A stretch of 64,000 bases of DNA, taken from contig CAVSZF010000007.1 in assembly GCA_963732395.1 (NCBI GenBank), positions 761,571 through 825,570 on the forward strand. The letters are read 5' to 3'. The position numbers were made by a program, and so were the translations under genes. Positions 48,901 through 58,784 of the stretch are shown here, in pieces. The number at the start of each line of letters is the position of its first letter. Within the stretch, counting starts at the first letter, position 1. The notes beneath the pieces were generated by a model. The model was given only the letters and a program-made list of their open reading frames with translations, was not told where the DNA came from and did no database searches. This stretch comes from an uncultured Spirochaetota bacterium (GTDB lineage Bacteria; Spirochaetota; UBA4802; UBA5550).

Positions 48901-49986
48901 ATGGAATTCAGATGCGGGATAATAGGCCTGCCCAATGTGGGGAAATCCACGATTTTCAACGCCCTCTCCGGCGCGGGTGCCCAGATGGCGAATTATCCTT
49001 TCTGCACTATCGAGCCGAACAGGGGGATCGTACCTGTCCCGGACGACCGGCTTGCGAAAATAGGGGAATTTTTGCACAAGGAGCACCCGATACCCGCCAG
49101 GATCGAATTCATCGATGTCGCAGGCCTCGTGGCCGGGGCATCGAAGGGCGAAGGTCTGGGGAACAGATTTCTCGGTCACATACGCAACGTGGAGGCGTTG
49201 ATACATGTCGTTCGGTGCTTTTCTGATGAAAACGTGGTGCATGTCACTGGAGAGCCGGACCCGGTCCGTGATATCGGCATAATAAACACGGAACTGGCCC
49301 TGGCGGACATGGAGGTGCTGGACCGTGCCCGGGAGAAGGAGCTGAAGCTTGCAAAAAGCGGGGATAAAAGGGCGGGGATGAAGGCGGAGGCCATAGGCGG
49401 GATCATTGCCCATCTTGACCGGGGTGATGCGCTCAGGTCCCTTCCCCTTAATGATGAGGAGCGTGAATTTGTATCGGAATACGGGGTGATCACGAACAAG
49501 CCGGTTATCTATGTTGCGAACGCGGACGAGGGGGGCGGCTCCCGGGAGGCCCTTGACGCGGTTGCCGGGTACGCCGAGGCACAGGGGGCGGGGTATATGC
49601 GAATCGTTGGAACGATCGAGGAGGAGATTTCAAGGCTTCCGGCGGGTGAGAAGCAGGAGTACCTCGAGGCAATGGGCCTTTCCGAGTCGGGGCTCGACCG
49701 ACTCGTACGTTCGGCCTACCGGATCCTGGAACTGATCACCTACTATACCGCTGCGACAGAACTCCAGGCGTGGACCCTCAAAAGCGGCACGACTGCTGAG
49801 CGCGCTGCTGGAAAGATCCACACCGATTTCGAAAGGGGTTTTATTCGCGCCGAGGTCTACGGGTATGACGATCTTGTCGATCGAGGCTCGGAGAAGGCGG
49901 TGAGGGAACAGGGACTGTTGCGCTCCGAGGGGCGGGACTACGTGGTGAAGGAGGGGGACATCGTAAAGTATCTCTTTAACGTATGA
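48901..49986 (+). CDS. ychF: Ribosome-binding ATPase YchF (Obg-family)
   Basis: G1 GLPNVGKST. TGS domain at the C-terminus. Start at ATG 48901 after an AGGAGG RBS. The track used an upstream start. Confidence 0.9.
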   Translation: MEFRCGIIGLPNVGKSTIFNALSGAGAQMANYPFCTIEPNRGIVPVPDDRLAKIGEFLHKEHPIPARIEFIDVAGLVAGASKGEGLGNRFLGHIRNVEALIHVVRCFSDENVVHVTGEPDPVRDIGIINTELALADMEVLDRAREKELKLAKSGDKRAGMKAEAIGGIIAHLDRGDALRSLPLNDEEREFVSEYGVITNKPVIYVANADEGGGSREALDAVAGYAEAQGAGYMRIVGTIEEEISRLPAGEKQEYLEAMGLSESGLDRLVRSAYRILELITYYTAATELQAWTLKSGTTAERAAGKIHTDFERGFIRAEVYGYDDLVDRGSEKAVREQGLLRSEGRDYVVKEGDIVKYLFNV

Positions 49987-50162
49987 GGAAAAACTCAACG
50001 AGTCGAGCATGTGATGCACGGAGCCTCAAAAGGCTTGACTGATGAGAGACCCGGTGCGATTTTTATTCTGTGACGTTTATCGGCCGGGCGTAATCGCGGG
50101 GTATCTGCGATCAGGAGCATGCGCCGTTAGTGTGTTTTACAATCAAGGAAAGGTAAAGGGTC

Positions 50163-50927
50163 ATGACTGAATACCAGATATATCGTATCGTTCTCTTTTC
50201 GTTTTTCGGAGTGGCGGCGCTCACCTTCGGTTCCCTCCTTTTTATAACGGCCCCGTATGGCCGGCACGCAAAAAAAGGATGGGGGCCCCTCGTCCCGAAC
50301 AGGGCGGCCTGGGTCATCATGGAGGCCCCCGCGTCTCTCCTCTTTCTCCTCTATTTCTTCATCGGGGGACGGGAAATAACCGCGGCCCTTATTGTGCTCC
50401 AGATCATTTGGCAGATCCACTACTTTCACCGGTCATTCATATTTCCCTTCATGCTTAAGAGCAATGAAACCGTATCGCTGTCGATAATCATCTTCGGCAT
50501 GATATTCAATTCCATCAACACCTATATACAGGGGCGATGGGTCTATACATTCTCTCCGGAAACGCTCTACACCTCCGCGTGGCTCGCGGACCCGAGATTT
50601 ATCGCCGGGGTGCTCATCTTTGCTGCGGGGTTTTTCATAAACAAGCAATCGGATGCCATTACCAGGAGGCTCTGGGACCCGACGAACCCTGGATATAAAA
50701 TACCCCATGGCGGGTTGTTTCGCTATGTATCATGCCCCAATTATCTCGGTGAGATCGTTACCTGGATCGGCTGGGCGGTAATGACATGGTCAATTGCGGG
50801 GGTATTCTTCGTGGTCTGGACGGCTGCGAACCTGGTCCCGCGGGCTCTGACAAACCACCGGTGGTACCTCGACGGGTTTCCCGACTATCCGCAGGATCGG
50901 AAGGCGATTATACCGTTCCTGCTCTAG
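50163..50927 (+). CDS. 3-oxo-5-alpha-steroid 4-dehydrogenase / DUF1295-family membrane protein
   Basis: Multi-TM protein whose C-terminal block YVSCPNYLGEIVTWIGWAV matches the steroid 5-alpha-reductase/ICMT-like family. Confidence 0.75.
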   Translation: MTEYQIYRIVLFSFFGVAALTFGSLLFITAPYGRHAKKGWGPLVPNRAAWVIMEAPASLLFLLYFFIGGREITAALIVLQIIWQIHYFHRSFIFPFMLKSNETVSLSIIIFGMIFNSINTYIQGRWVYTFSPETLYTSAWLADPRFIAGVLIFAAGFFINKQSDAITRRLWDPTNPGYKIPHGGLFRYVSCPNYLGEIVTWIGWAVMTWSIAGVFFVVWTAANLVPRALTNHRWYLDGFPDYPQDRKAIIPFLL

Positions 50928-51503
50928 TCAGGGGGGCCACAGGCCACAAAGAGTCCCGGGGATCTTTCCCCGATCAGCGGTCTCCGGGACCGCCCTCCGG
51001 GGGGTAATAATCAGTGACTCAAGCTCCTTCCTGGAGCTTCGCGGGGATTCAGCCGGGCTCCCAAGGGCAATGAGCGCCATCAACTCGAAGTCCTGTTTCG
51101 CTCCCAGCAGAAGGCCGGCCTCCACCTTTCGGATCAGGATTTCCCCGAGCCATACCGTACCCACACCGAGTGAGTGAGCGGCAAGTAGCATGTTCTGAAT
51201 ACAGGCGCCGATGGCCATGACGTCCTTGTCCCGATCATATCCTTCCATGCGGTCGTAAAAGACGGCAATACAAAGGGTGCTTTCGCGAACGATGCGGTTA
51301 TACTTCGTGAGGTTCGAAAGTCCCTTCTTCGTTTCACTGTCAGCGATGATCATGAATCTCCACGGCTGGTTGTTCAGGCCCGAGGGGGCCCACCGGCCCG
51401 CATCAAGGATCAACCGGATCGTTTCATCGTCGATCTTGCGGGTTTCATATTTACGTATCGATCTCCTTGCCTTTATGGCCGTGATCACTTCATTCTCTTT
51501 CAT
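50928..51503 (-). CDS. Nitroreductase-family protein
   Basis: RRSIRKY and PSGLNNQPWRF flavin-nitroreductase motifs. Start at the internal Met, which has a GAGGGGGG RBS. The stop abuts the upstream convergent gene. Confidence 0.8.
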   Translation of the reverse strand: MKENEVITAIKARRSIRKYETRKIDDETIRLILDAGRWAPSGLNNQPWRFMIIADSETKKGLSNLTKYNRIVRESTLCIAVFYDRMEGYDRDKDVMAIGACIQNMLLAAHSLGVGTVWLGEILIRKVEAGLLLGAKQDFELMALIALGSPAESPRSSRKELESLIITPRRAVPETADRGKIPGTLCGLWPP

Positions 51504-51717
51504 GGCAATAACCCCCCTCTCAATTTGAAGGGACAGAGGACCAGAAATCAAGCGGAATTTCCGCCGGGCTGACCTGAAAGCAAAATGAAACCAACAATTA
51601 ATTAATGATTGATTCCCTCGTACGGACCGGTTACGATATGCGGAGCCGATCCGCGAGATCGGGCGGCGACGGCCCGAAGGAAAATCGATCGGTCACTCGA
51701 TATAAAAGGAGACACAG

Positions 51718-52941
51718 ATGAAGATAACCGCCATCGAACTCTATCATGTATCGGTTCCTCTCAGAAAGACCTTCTGGCCGACCTGGATACCGGGGTATCC
51801 GCAAACCCATAACAGGTTCACGCTCATAAAGATCGTCACGGACGAGGGGATAGAGGGATACTCCGCGGGATCTGCAATGGGTCGCGAGCGTCAGGGCCTC
51901 GGTGACCTCCTGGGTGGCTACCTTATCGGCGCGGACCCCACGGACATCGACCGTGTGCAATCGCTTTTAAAGCAGGCCGGGTACCTTGGATGGAGGAACT
52001 TCTGGATCGAGCCGGCCTGCTGGGACATTATCGGGAAAAAAGAGGGGAAGCCGGTCTACGAGCTTCTGGGCGGAAGTGCGAGGCCGGTCGAGGTATACTG
52101 CTCTACAGGGGAGATGCATGAACCGGAGCGTCGGGTAGACGAGCTTCTCGCCATGAGGGAGCGGGGCTTTCGGACGGCAAAACTAAGGGTCAAGAACGCG
52201 AGTCTCAAGGATGATATACGGCATGTCCGCATGGTGAGAAAGGGACTGGGCGCGAAGATGGCGCTCGGTGTCGACGCGAACCAGGGATGGCTCGTGTCCA
52301 TAGTCGATCGGCCCCCCGCATGGGATCTGAAGAGGGCGAAGGAGTTCGCCAGTGCATGTTATGATAACAGGATAGACTGGATCGAGGAGCCACTGGATTC
52401 CAGGGATTTCGACGGAAACGCGGCCTTGAGGCGCGCTTCCAAAGTAAAGATTTCCGGTGCGGAGCTGAATTACGGATGGGATGAAATCAAAATTATGCTG
52501 GAGAAGGACTGCTTCGACGTGTATCAGCCGGATGCGACCTTCGCAGGAGGGATTGCCCAGGTCGCGCAGGTGATGGAGGCGTGCAGAAAGAAGAAGCGCC
52601 TGTTTTCGCCTCATACCTGGACAAACGGTATAGGCTTTTATGTTAACTGGAACATGGTGCTGGCAGACCCGAAGAATACCCTGCCCCTCGAATATCCCCT
52701 CGAGGAGCCCTCGTGGGTACCTGAGCAGAGGGAGGGAATCATAGAACCGATACTTCACGTACAGGGAAGACTTGAGCCCTTTACCAGGCCGGGCCTCGGC
52801 TTCGAGATCGATCGGAGGCTTCTTCGGAAATATGGGACGCGCTTCTTCAGGCTGACCGAGACAGGGTTGAAGATAAAAGTCATAAGGGAAAAGGGGCTCA
52901 GGGAGGCGCTCGCACTGAAAAAGAAAAAAGAGGCGGGATAG
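51718..52941 (+). CDS. Enolase-superfamily enzyme (mandelate racemase / muconate lactonizing enzyme family)
   Basis: 407 aa. Metal-ligand context ALGVDANQGW and IDWIEEP. N-terminal capping domain. Substrate not inferable. Confidence 0.8.
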   Translation: MKITAIELYHVSVPLRKTFWPTWIPGYPQTHNRFTLIKIVTDEGIEGYSAGSAMGRERQGLGDLLGGYLIGADPTDIDRVQSLLKQAGYLGWRNFWIEPACWDIIGKKEGKPVYELLGGSARPVEVYCSTGEMHEPERRVDELLAMRERGFRTAKLRVKNASLKDDIRHVRMVRKGLGAKMALGVDANQGWLVSIVDRPPAWDLKRAKEFASACYDNRIDWIEEPLDSRDFDGNAALRRASKVKISGAELNYGWDEIKIMLEKDCFDVYQPDATFAGGIAQVAQVMEACRKKKRLFSPHTWTNGIGFYVNWNMVLADPKNTLPLEYPLEEPSWVPEQREGIIEPILHVQGRLEPFTRPGLGFEIDRRLLRKYGTRFFRLTETGLKIKVIREKGLREALALKKKKEAG

Positions 52942-52957
52942 TACAATTGACCGGGGG

Positions 52958-53653
52958 CTATTTGCCCCCGTAAGCCCCCTTCAGTTCGGCGAGCTTACGC
53001 TTTTTTGCCTGTATGCCCCCCAGATAACCGGAGATTATTTTACCAAAATCCGTTTCACCGGTTATGACCTTTTTCCTTTCTGTTTCGATATAGCCCAGAT
53101 CGGTGGTGACCCGTATGCTGCTGGCCTTTCTCGCATACTCCCTGACTCGATCCCAGTAGGGAAGGGCTTCGCGGTAATGGGTATCGGCGATATCGAGGCT
53201 TTCGGATAGTTCCTCAGCGTAGTCCCAGTGGTAGAAACGGATATCCCTTTTGTCGTAACGGGCCGCGATTTTCAGGTAGTTTCTCATGATCAGCATGTTG
53301 ATATGCATGAACATGAGATTGCGGTATTTCAGATATTCCTCCTCCGATTCTACTTTAACGAGCGCCATGGAGGGATGGCGAAACCTGCAGTTGAGGGAGG
53401 TTTTCAGACGCGCGATGTTCATCCGCAATGAGTTCTCATTGTAATACTGCTTCATTCCATAGAGCTGGTAGTAGTCTTCGAGATAATGGGGCACGGTCTG
53501 GTAGTGAAGGCGTACGCGAGGAATGTAATCGGAAAAGGGGACATGCTTCTCCTTTTCCTTTTTTTTACTGAAATAATCATATTCATAATCCTCCCCGTTC
53601 AGGGGCAGGATTATCGCGAGGAGCAGTGTGATTATCGTTGCGATTTTTTTCAT
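52958..53653 (-). CDS. Secreted hypothetical protein
   Basis: Start at MKKIATIITLLLAIILPLNG, a signal peptide. Tyr/Glu-rich mature part with no motif. Confidence 0.55.
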   Translation of the reverse strand: MKKIATIITLLLAIILPLNGEDYEYDYFSKKKEKEKHVPFSDYIPRVRLHYQTVPHYLEDYYQLYGMKQYYNENSLRMNIARLKTSLNCRFRHPSMALVKVESEEEYLKYRNLMFMHINMLIMRNYLKIAARYDKRDIRFYHWDYAEELSESLDIADTHYREALPYWDRVREYARKASSIRVTTDLGYIETERKKVITGETDFGKIISGYLGGIQAKKRKLAELKGAYGGK

Positions 53654-53806
53654 CGGGATCGGCTCTTTGTACGGTGCGGTGTCATGCGAAACCGCTATAG
53701 AATGATTATCGGCAGGAGGCACCGGTTTTTTGACGGTTTAACCCAGTGAATCGGCAGCATGCTCATTTTTTACGGTCCGGCGCAGGGAATAATGGTGAAA
53801 CTATTC

Positions 53807-54652
53807 TCACGGTCGGGTATAATCCGAGAAAAATAGCTCGATGTACTTGCGAAGGGATTGGACAAACTCGAGCTTGATGCCTGTCTCGACGGCCCAGGAG
53901 GATTTCGGGAATACCTTTAGATTCGCGGAAAATGTTTTTTCAGCCCGGATAAGATGTTCGTACGCCATGTCAAGCTTGAAGTATCCGCGATTGTGCCGAT
54001 CGTAAAAGATTTCCTTACCTGCGATCGTGAGGTCTTCATCGCCCTGCTTGTATATGCGGTATGCCTCAACGTCGTACTGATTGGCATATGAATCGATGAT
54101 GTTGAGGCATTCCGATGCCCTGTAAAAATTGATGAGCATGACGGTAAAGACCTCAAAATGCTCGATAAGCTCCGGGTCGTCGGTCAATCTGGCGAGACGA
54201 TGTATTGCGTGATATGATTTTCTGAGAGCGAACACGATTTTGTTGAAGATGGCTCGGTTCGCCACCTTTTCCCGAATCGTCAAGCGATAGAGGGAGTACT
54301 GATAATAACGGTAAAGGGAGTCCTTGGCGCCCTCGCGATGATTGATGAATTGTCCGGTAAGGACTTCAGAATCTACAACCGTTTTCCCGGCTTGGGGCGT
54401 GGTCTTCTTTTCCTCTGGCGGGGGCGGGCCCTCAGACGGGCGAATCGACTCGGTCCTGAAACGATGGCTCATTACCGCAGAGTAAGCGAGGTTGATCTGT
54501 GTCATCGCCTCAGTCGCCCATTCAACGCGGTGCGGGTTTTTATCAGGATGGTATCTGAGGGCAAGCTTTTTATACGCGGCGACGATTTCATCGTCGGTGG
54601 CTCCGCCGCCTATGCCAAGAAGGTTATAATGGCGCTCGATGTCAGTGATCAT
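53807..54652 (-). CDS. J-domain (DnaJ N-terminal domain) protein with unique C-terminal region
   Basis: N-terminal J domain with HPD motif (DDEIVAAYKKLALRYHPDKNPH), a Pro-rich linker, and no DnaJ zinc-finger or C-terminal domains. Confidence 0.7.
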   Translation of the reverse strand: MITDIERHYNLLGIGGGATDDEIVAAYKKLALRYHPDKNPHRVEWATEAMTQINLAYSAVMSHRFRTESIRPSEGPPPPEEKKTTPQAGKTVVDSEVLTGQFINHREGAKDSLYRYYQYSLYRLTIREKVANRAIFNKIVFALRKSYHAIHRLARLTDDPELIEHFEVFTVMLINFYRASECLNIIDSYANQYDVEAYRIYKQGDEDLTIAGKEIFYDRHNRGYFKLDMAYEHLIRAEKTFSANLKVFPKSSWAVETGIKLEFVQSLRKYIELFFSDYTRP

Positions 54653-54987
54653 TTCCGTACATTCCGATGCAGGTATAAAATAATGGGAAGCATGGGGGGG
54701 GTGTCAAGGAGGAAATTGCGTCTGGGATGAATGCGCGGACGTGCATGGCGTCAATCACTATGGGTTCGAACCTTTCATGATCATCCAGATGTCTGTGAGG
54801 TGAAATAAATTTGGATGAATCTCTTTTTAAGACATTAATTGATTGAAATTAATCCCCATGGATGGGTGTAATTGATCCCCGGATCGTACCGTCCTGGTCG
54901 AATTCTATTGATTGTGCCCTTATATCCGGGGCGGGTATTCAGTCTACCGCCCACTTTTTGCCAGCGGGATAAAATAATAAATTATTC

Positions 54988-55017
54988 TTGACATATATAC
55001 TAATGTATGCTTATTGT
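54988..55017 (+). promoter_or_regulatory. Candidate sigma70-like promoter of lexA
   Basis: TTGACA at 54988-54993, 18-bp spacer, TATTGT at 55012-55017. The spacer contains the ATACtaatGTAT short palindrome. I could not confidently identify a LexA box. Confidence 0.35.
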
Positions 55018-55052
55018 ATGTTTATATTGAGATAAGATTGGGGGTTGGTGAA

Positions 55053-55673
55053 ATGGCGCGGAAACAGACGGTAAGACAACTGACCACCAAGCAGGAAAAT
55101 ATTCTTGAGTTTATAAAGAAATCGATAAAAGGCGACGGGTTTCCCCCAACGGTCAGGGAAATCGGTGACAGATTCAACATTACGGTCAAGGGCGCCTATG
55201 ATCATGTCAAGGCCATCGAGAAAAAAGGCTTTATAAAAATGGAGCAGAATAAATCACGCGCCATTGTGATCTTGCATGAGGAAAATGAAACCCCGACGGA
55301 CGCAATCAATATTCCTCTCCTTGGAAGAATCGCAGCCGGATCTCCCATTCTCGCGGCTGAAAATGTCGAAGAGTATCTGAGTTTTCCGCGTACGATGTTT
55401 AAAAGCGGGGACTTTTTCGCCCTTCATGTAAAGGGCGATTCCATGATCGAAGGCGGAATCAATGACGGCGACATCGCCGTGATAAAAAAACAGAATACCG
55501 CTCAAAACGGCGACATAGTCGCCGCGCTTATCGAAGAGGAGGCCACTCTGAAACGGTTTAAAGCCGCGGGGGGAAAGGTCCACCTTATACCGGAGAACCC
55601 AGCGTATAAACCGATTATCACTACCGATGTGGCCATTCTGGGGAAGTTGACCGCCATATTCCGACGGTACTGA
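55053..55673 (+). CDS. lexA: LexA repressor
   Basis: N-terminal winged HTH. Ala-Gly autocleavage site (RIAAGSPILA). S24 peptidase Ser/Lys dyad (GDSM ... K). About 206 aa from ATG 55053. Confidence 0.9.
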   Translation: MARKQTVRQLTTKQENILEFIKKSIKGDGFPPTVREIGDRFNITVKGAYDHVKAIEKKGFIKMEQNKSRAIVILHEENETPTDAINIPLLGRIAAGSPILAAENVEEYLSFPRTMFKSGDFFALHVKGDSMIEGGINDGDIAVIKKQNTAQNGDIVAALIEEEATLKRFKAAGGKVHLIPENPAYKPIITTDVAILGKLTAIFRRY

Positions 55674-55724
55674 AACAATTCCTTCCGAAAATAAAAACTT
55701 ATCATACCAGTACTCATTTTATCA

Positions 55725-55753
55725 TTGTATCCTGGCGGCCCGTGCCGTATAAT
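55725..55753 (+). promoter_or_regulatory. Sigma70-like promoter upstream of the TPR-CHAT gene
   Basis: TTGTAT at 55725-55730, exact 17-bp spacer, perfect TATAAT at 55748-55753. About 130 bp upstream of ATG 55888. Confidence 0.45.
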
Positions 55754-55887
55754 TCAATAAGGGTGTGCGGTCATAATGGACCGACCCTTTACGGGCGCGC
55801 AAGGGGATACTGGACGGCGGCTGCGGGATAATCATGACGGATTGTCCGCACATCCCGCCCGTGGATGGCAAAAGGGGGGACAGGATA

Positions 55888-58782
55888 ATGGCAAAGAGAA
55901 TTCTCATGCCGGGCATATTGCTCCTTGCCTGTACGGTCGGTTTTTCCAATCAGTGGCATGATGAAGCCGATCGATTCTGGAACGAGGGCCAGAAGCTGAA
56001 GAAGGATTTGAAATACAGGGAGGCGATACAATTCCTGCGAAGGGCCGTGGCTGCGGAGATGAAAAACGAGAATCCCCGCGCTGATGAATTAATCGCTCAG
56101 TTCAACGAGCTCGGCATTCTATATGGCATGACAGGTTCCTTCGAGAGCTCTCTGCACTACCACCAGATGACCCTTAAGGCGGCCGAAAAATACGGGAGGG
56201 AAGATGATGAGGTGATGGCGCTCATCAATATCGGAAGGGTCAGCACCAACCTCGGGCGGCACCGGGAAGCCATTGACATCTATGGCCGGGCGCTGGAGAG
56301 GTCCAGGAAGTACGGCTTTGGGGACAAGGAGGTGCGTGTCCTGAACGATATGGCGGGAGCCCTGAGGGCAATGAATGATTTCGAAGGAGCCCTTGCGCGC
56401 TATACCGAAGCCCTCGATGCCGCGAAGAAGGCGGGGGGTGCGGTGCTGGAGGCGGCGATCATCAGCAATATCGGTACGCTCTATTTTTTCAGGGGGGATT
56501 TCGAGACCGCCCTGAAGGAATACGGTAGAGCTCTCGACATCGACAAGTCAAGGGGGGACGACATGGCCCTTTCCATAGGCATGAACAATATGGGAAGCGT
56601 GTATACAGCCATCGGAAAGTATGGGGAGGCCCTCAACTATTTTGAGAAATCGCTGGAAATCGACACCAGGCTGAAGAATGGCATCAACATCGCATCGCGT
56701 TTAAACAGGATAGGGGATATCTACTTCCGTGTCGGAGACGGCGCAAGCGCGATTGCGCATTTTAACCGATCTCTCGAAATCAACAACAGGATCAACAACA
56801 GGATCAACGTGGCGGTGCTGAACGCCAGCATCGGGCGTGTGTACGAGTCGATGGGCAGGTTCGAGGAATCCATTGATTATTACATAAAGGCACTCGCCCT
56901 AAACCGGGAGTTGGAAAAGGAAACCTATGTGGCCGAGCGATTGTCAGATATCGGTCTCCTTTACGAAATGCGTGGAAGGCACGGAGAGGCTGCCGATTAC
57001 TTTGCAAGGGCGCTGGAACGGGGAATCGGCACCGGAGGGAAGGAAAAGACAGCGGCGAACCTGAGCAACCTGGGACGTGTGATGACGGCGTTGAAGCGCT
57101 ATGATGTCGCGCTCGATTATTTTCGGCAGTCCCTGGAAATCTATCGAGAGACGAAGGATTCCATCTCGATTGCCGACGACCTGAAGAATTGCGGGATTGT
57201 CCACTACCATCGGAAGGAGTGGGACCTGGCGATCGACAGCCTTCTACGGGCGAGGGGCTCGATTGAGGGGACGCCCCGGACGATCTATCCGGTCAGGGAC
57301 GAGGTCGAAGGCGAGATGTACCGCTGGCTGGTCGCCGCGTATGTAATGTCTCAGAGACACGAGATGGCATTCGAGGCGAACGAACGGTTCTGCATTAACC
57401 GAATGTACTCGCCAGTTCATACCTGGAAACCGGCAGGGCCGGACCCTGCGGCCGGCTATGACAGGCTCAAGGACCGACTAGGGGCCAGCGGGGCGGCGGT
57501 GGTTTATTCGAATGTCTCCTGGGACGACCCACAGGTTGTCTGTATCAGGCGTGAAGGATCATCGGGCCATGTGCTGGACAAAGCCGCAACGGTGAAAACG
57601 ATATACAACCATTTTGGCCGCGAGATTGAACGCTTCATGGGGGAAAAAAAGACCGATATTATTTTCACAGTAGGACAGAGGTCGCGAAGCGATCATTATT
57701 ACATAGAGTTTGAAAAAATAATCAATTACTACCGGTATCTGGCCTCGAAAAAATATATCGGGAGCGATGAAAAGGATGCTTTGCGTCGCATCGGGAAGGC
57801 CCTCTACGACCTTCTTTTGGGAACAATCGGCCCGGCAATAAAAGGAAAGACGGAACTGATCATTCAGCCGGATGGCGTCCTTTCCACCCTGCCATTTGAA
57901 ACCCTGATCATGCCGGATGGAAGATTTCTCGTCGAGAAGTACATTATAACCTACGTGCACTCCCACACCATAAGCGCAGCCGCGGCGAAAAGAAAATACA
58001 ATGCCGGGAGGAAAGAACTGATGCTGATCGGCGGTGTCACCCATCCGTCAAAATCACTTCCCGGAGTCCTCGAATCGGTCCGGCACTATGAGCTCGTTAA
58101 ACAGAGAGCCGTCGATGCCATCATGAAAGGGAGGGACACCATCGGGCTGTACGGATTTTTCGGTATAGATGACATCGGTGGTCCCGGCGGCGACATAAAG
58201 GAAATCGAGTTACTGGATGGCGCCTGGAAGAACCATGACATACTCAGGGACGAGGACGTCACCGAGGGCGGGATACTGGGCGCCTCTCTCGCGGGGGCCT
58301 TTTCCGGGTACAGGATTCTGCATGTCGCCACGAGATCCGTCGTGGTTCCGGAGGCGCCGATTCTGAGCGCGCTGGTGCTCTCCAGCGAAAAGGGTGTTTC
58401 AGGTGGGAATGGCCTGCTGAATATCAGAAAAATCGCCTCTCTTAAGATAGCGGCCGATCTTGTGACCCTGTCGAACGTATTCCTGCCGCCTGCGCGTTAC
58501 AGCAAGGGGGAGGGAATATGGAGCCTCTGCGGTTCTTTCATGGATGCGGGAGCTCGGAACGTGGCGATATCGATCTGGCCTGTCGAGGGAGCGGTAAAGA
58601 TGGCACTCATAAAGCGGGCGTACCGCCTTGCACTGGAGGAGAAACTGCCCTACTGCAGTGCCTTTGCACGAGCGAAACGCGAGTTCATTACTCAAAAAGC
58701 CGATGACAGTTCCCCGGGTGGGAGTCCGGGGAACTATTCTTCCCCCTATTTCTGGGGATCTTTCATGCTGTATGGATACTAG
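55888..58782 (+). CDS. TPR-repeat / CHAT-domain (caspase-like) lipoprotein
   Basis: Start at MAKRILMPGILLLACT (lipobox). About 12 TPR-like repeats. C-terminal CHAT-like fold (LHVATRS...DLVTLSNVF...SLCGSFMDAGARNVAISIWPV) with the expected His-Gly and Cys positions apparently occupied by Arg-Ser and Asn. Confidence 0.8.
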   Translation: MAKRILMPGILLLACTVGFSNQWHDEADRFWNEGQKLKKDLKYREAIQFLRRAVAAEMKNENPRADELIAQFNELGILYGMTGSFESSLHYHQMTLKAAEKYGREDDEVMALINIGRVSTNLGRHREAIDIYGRALERSRKYGFGDKEVRVLNDMAGALRAMNDFEGALARYTEALDAAKKAGGAVLEAAIISNIGTLYFFRGDFETALKEYGRALDIDKSRGDDMALSIGMNNMGSVYTAIGKYGEALNYFEKSLEIDTRLKNGINIASRLNRIGDIYFRVGDGASAIAHFNRSLEINNRINNRINVAVLNASIGRVYESMGRFEESIDYYIKALALNRELEKETYVAERLSDIGLLYEMRGRHGEAADYFARALERGIGTGGKEKTAANLSNLGRVMTALKRYDVALDYFRQSLEIYRETKDSISIADDLKNCGIVHYHRKEWDLAIDSLLRARGSIEGTPRTIYPVRDEVEGEMYRWLVAAYVMSQRHEMAFEANERFCINRMYSPVHTWKPAGPDPAAGYDRLKDRLGASGAAVVYSNVSWDDPQVVCIRREGSSGHVLDKAATVKTIYNHFGREIERFMGEKKTDIIFTVGQRSRSDHYYIEFEKIINYYRYLASKKYIGSDEKDALRRIGKALYDLLLGTIGPAIKGKTELIIQPDGVLSTLPFETLIMPDGRFLVEKYIITYVHSHTISAAAAKRKYNAGRKELMLIGGVTHPSKSLPGVLESVRHYELVKQRAVDAIMKGRDTIGLYGFFGIDDIGGPGGDIKEIELLDGAWKNHDILRDEDVTEGGILGASLAGAFSGYRILHVATRSVVVPEAPILSALVLSSEKGVSGGNGLLNIRKIASLKIAADLVTLSNVFLPPARYSKGEGIWSLCGSFMDAGARNVAISIWPVEGAVKMALIKRAYRLALEEKLPYCSAFARAKREFITQKADDSSPGGSPGNYSSPYFWGSFMLYGY

Positions 58783-58784
58783 AA

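Noticed and set aside
52952-52970. Hairpin CGGGGGC-tattt-GCCCCCG between convergent genes
   Set aside because: It has a good 7-bp GC stem but no T-run on either strand, and it contains the stop codon of the minus-strand gene. It is not convincing as an intrinsic terminator.
54763-54772. GGTTCGAACC, resembling a tRNA T-arm/T-loop (GGTTCGAAtCC)
   Set aside because: It is a bare 10-bp perfect palindrome. The flanks cannot form a T-stem closing pair, acceptor stem, anticodon arm or D-arm, so there is no tRNA.
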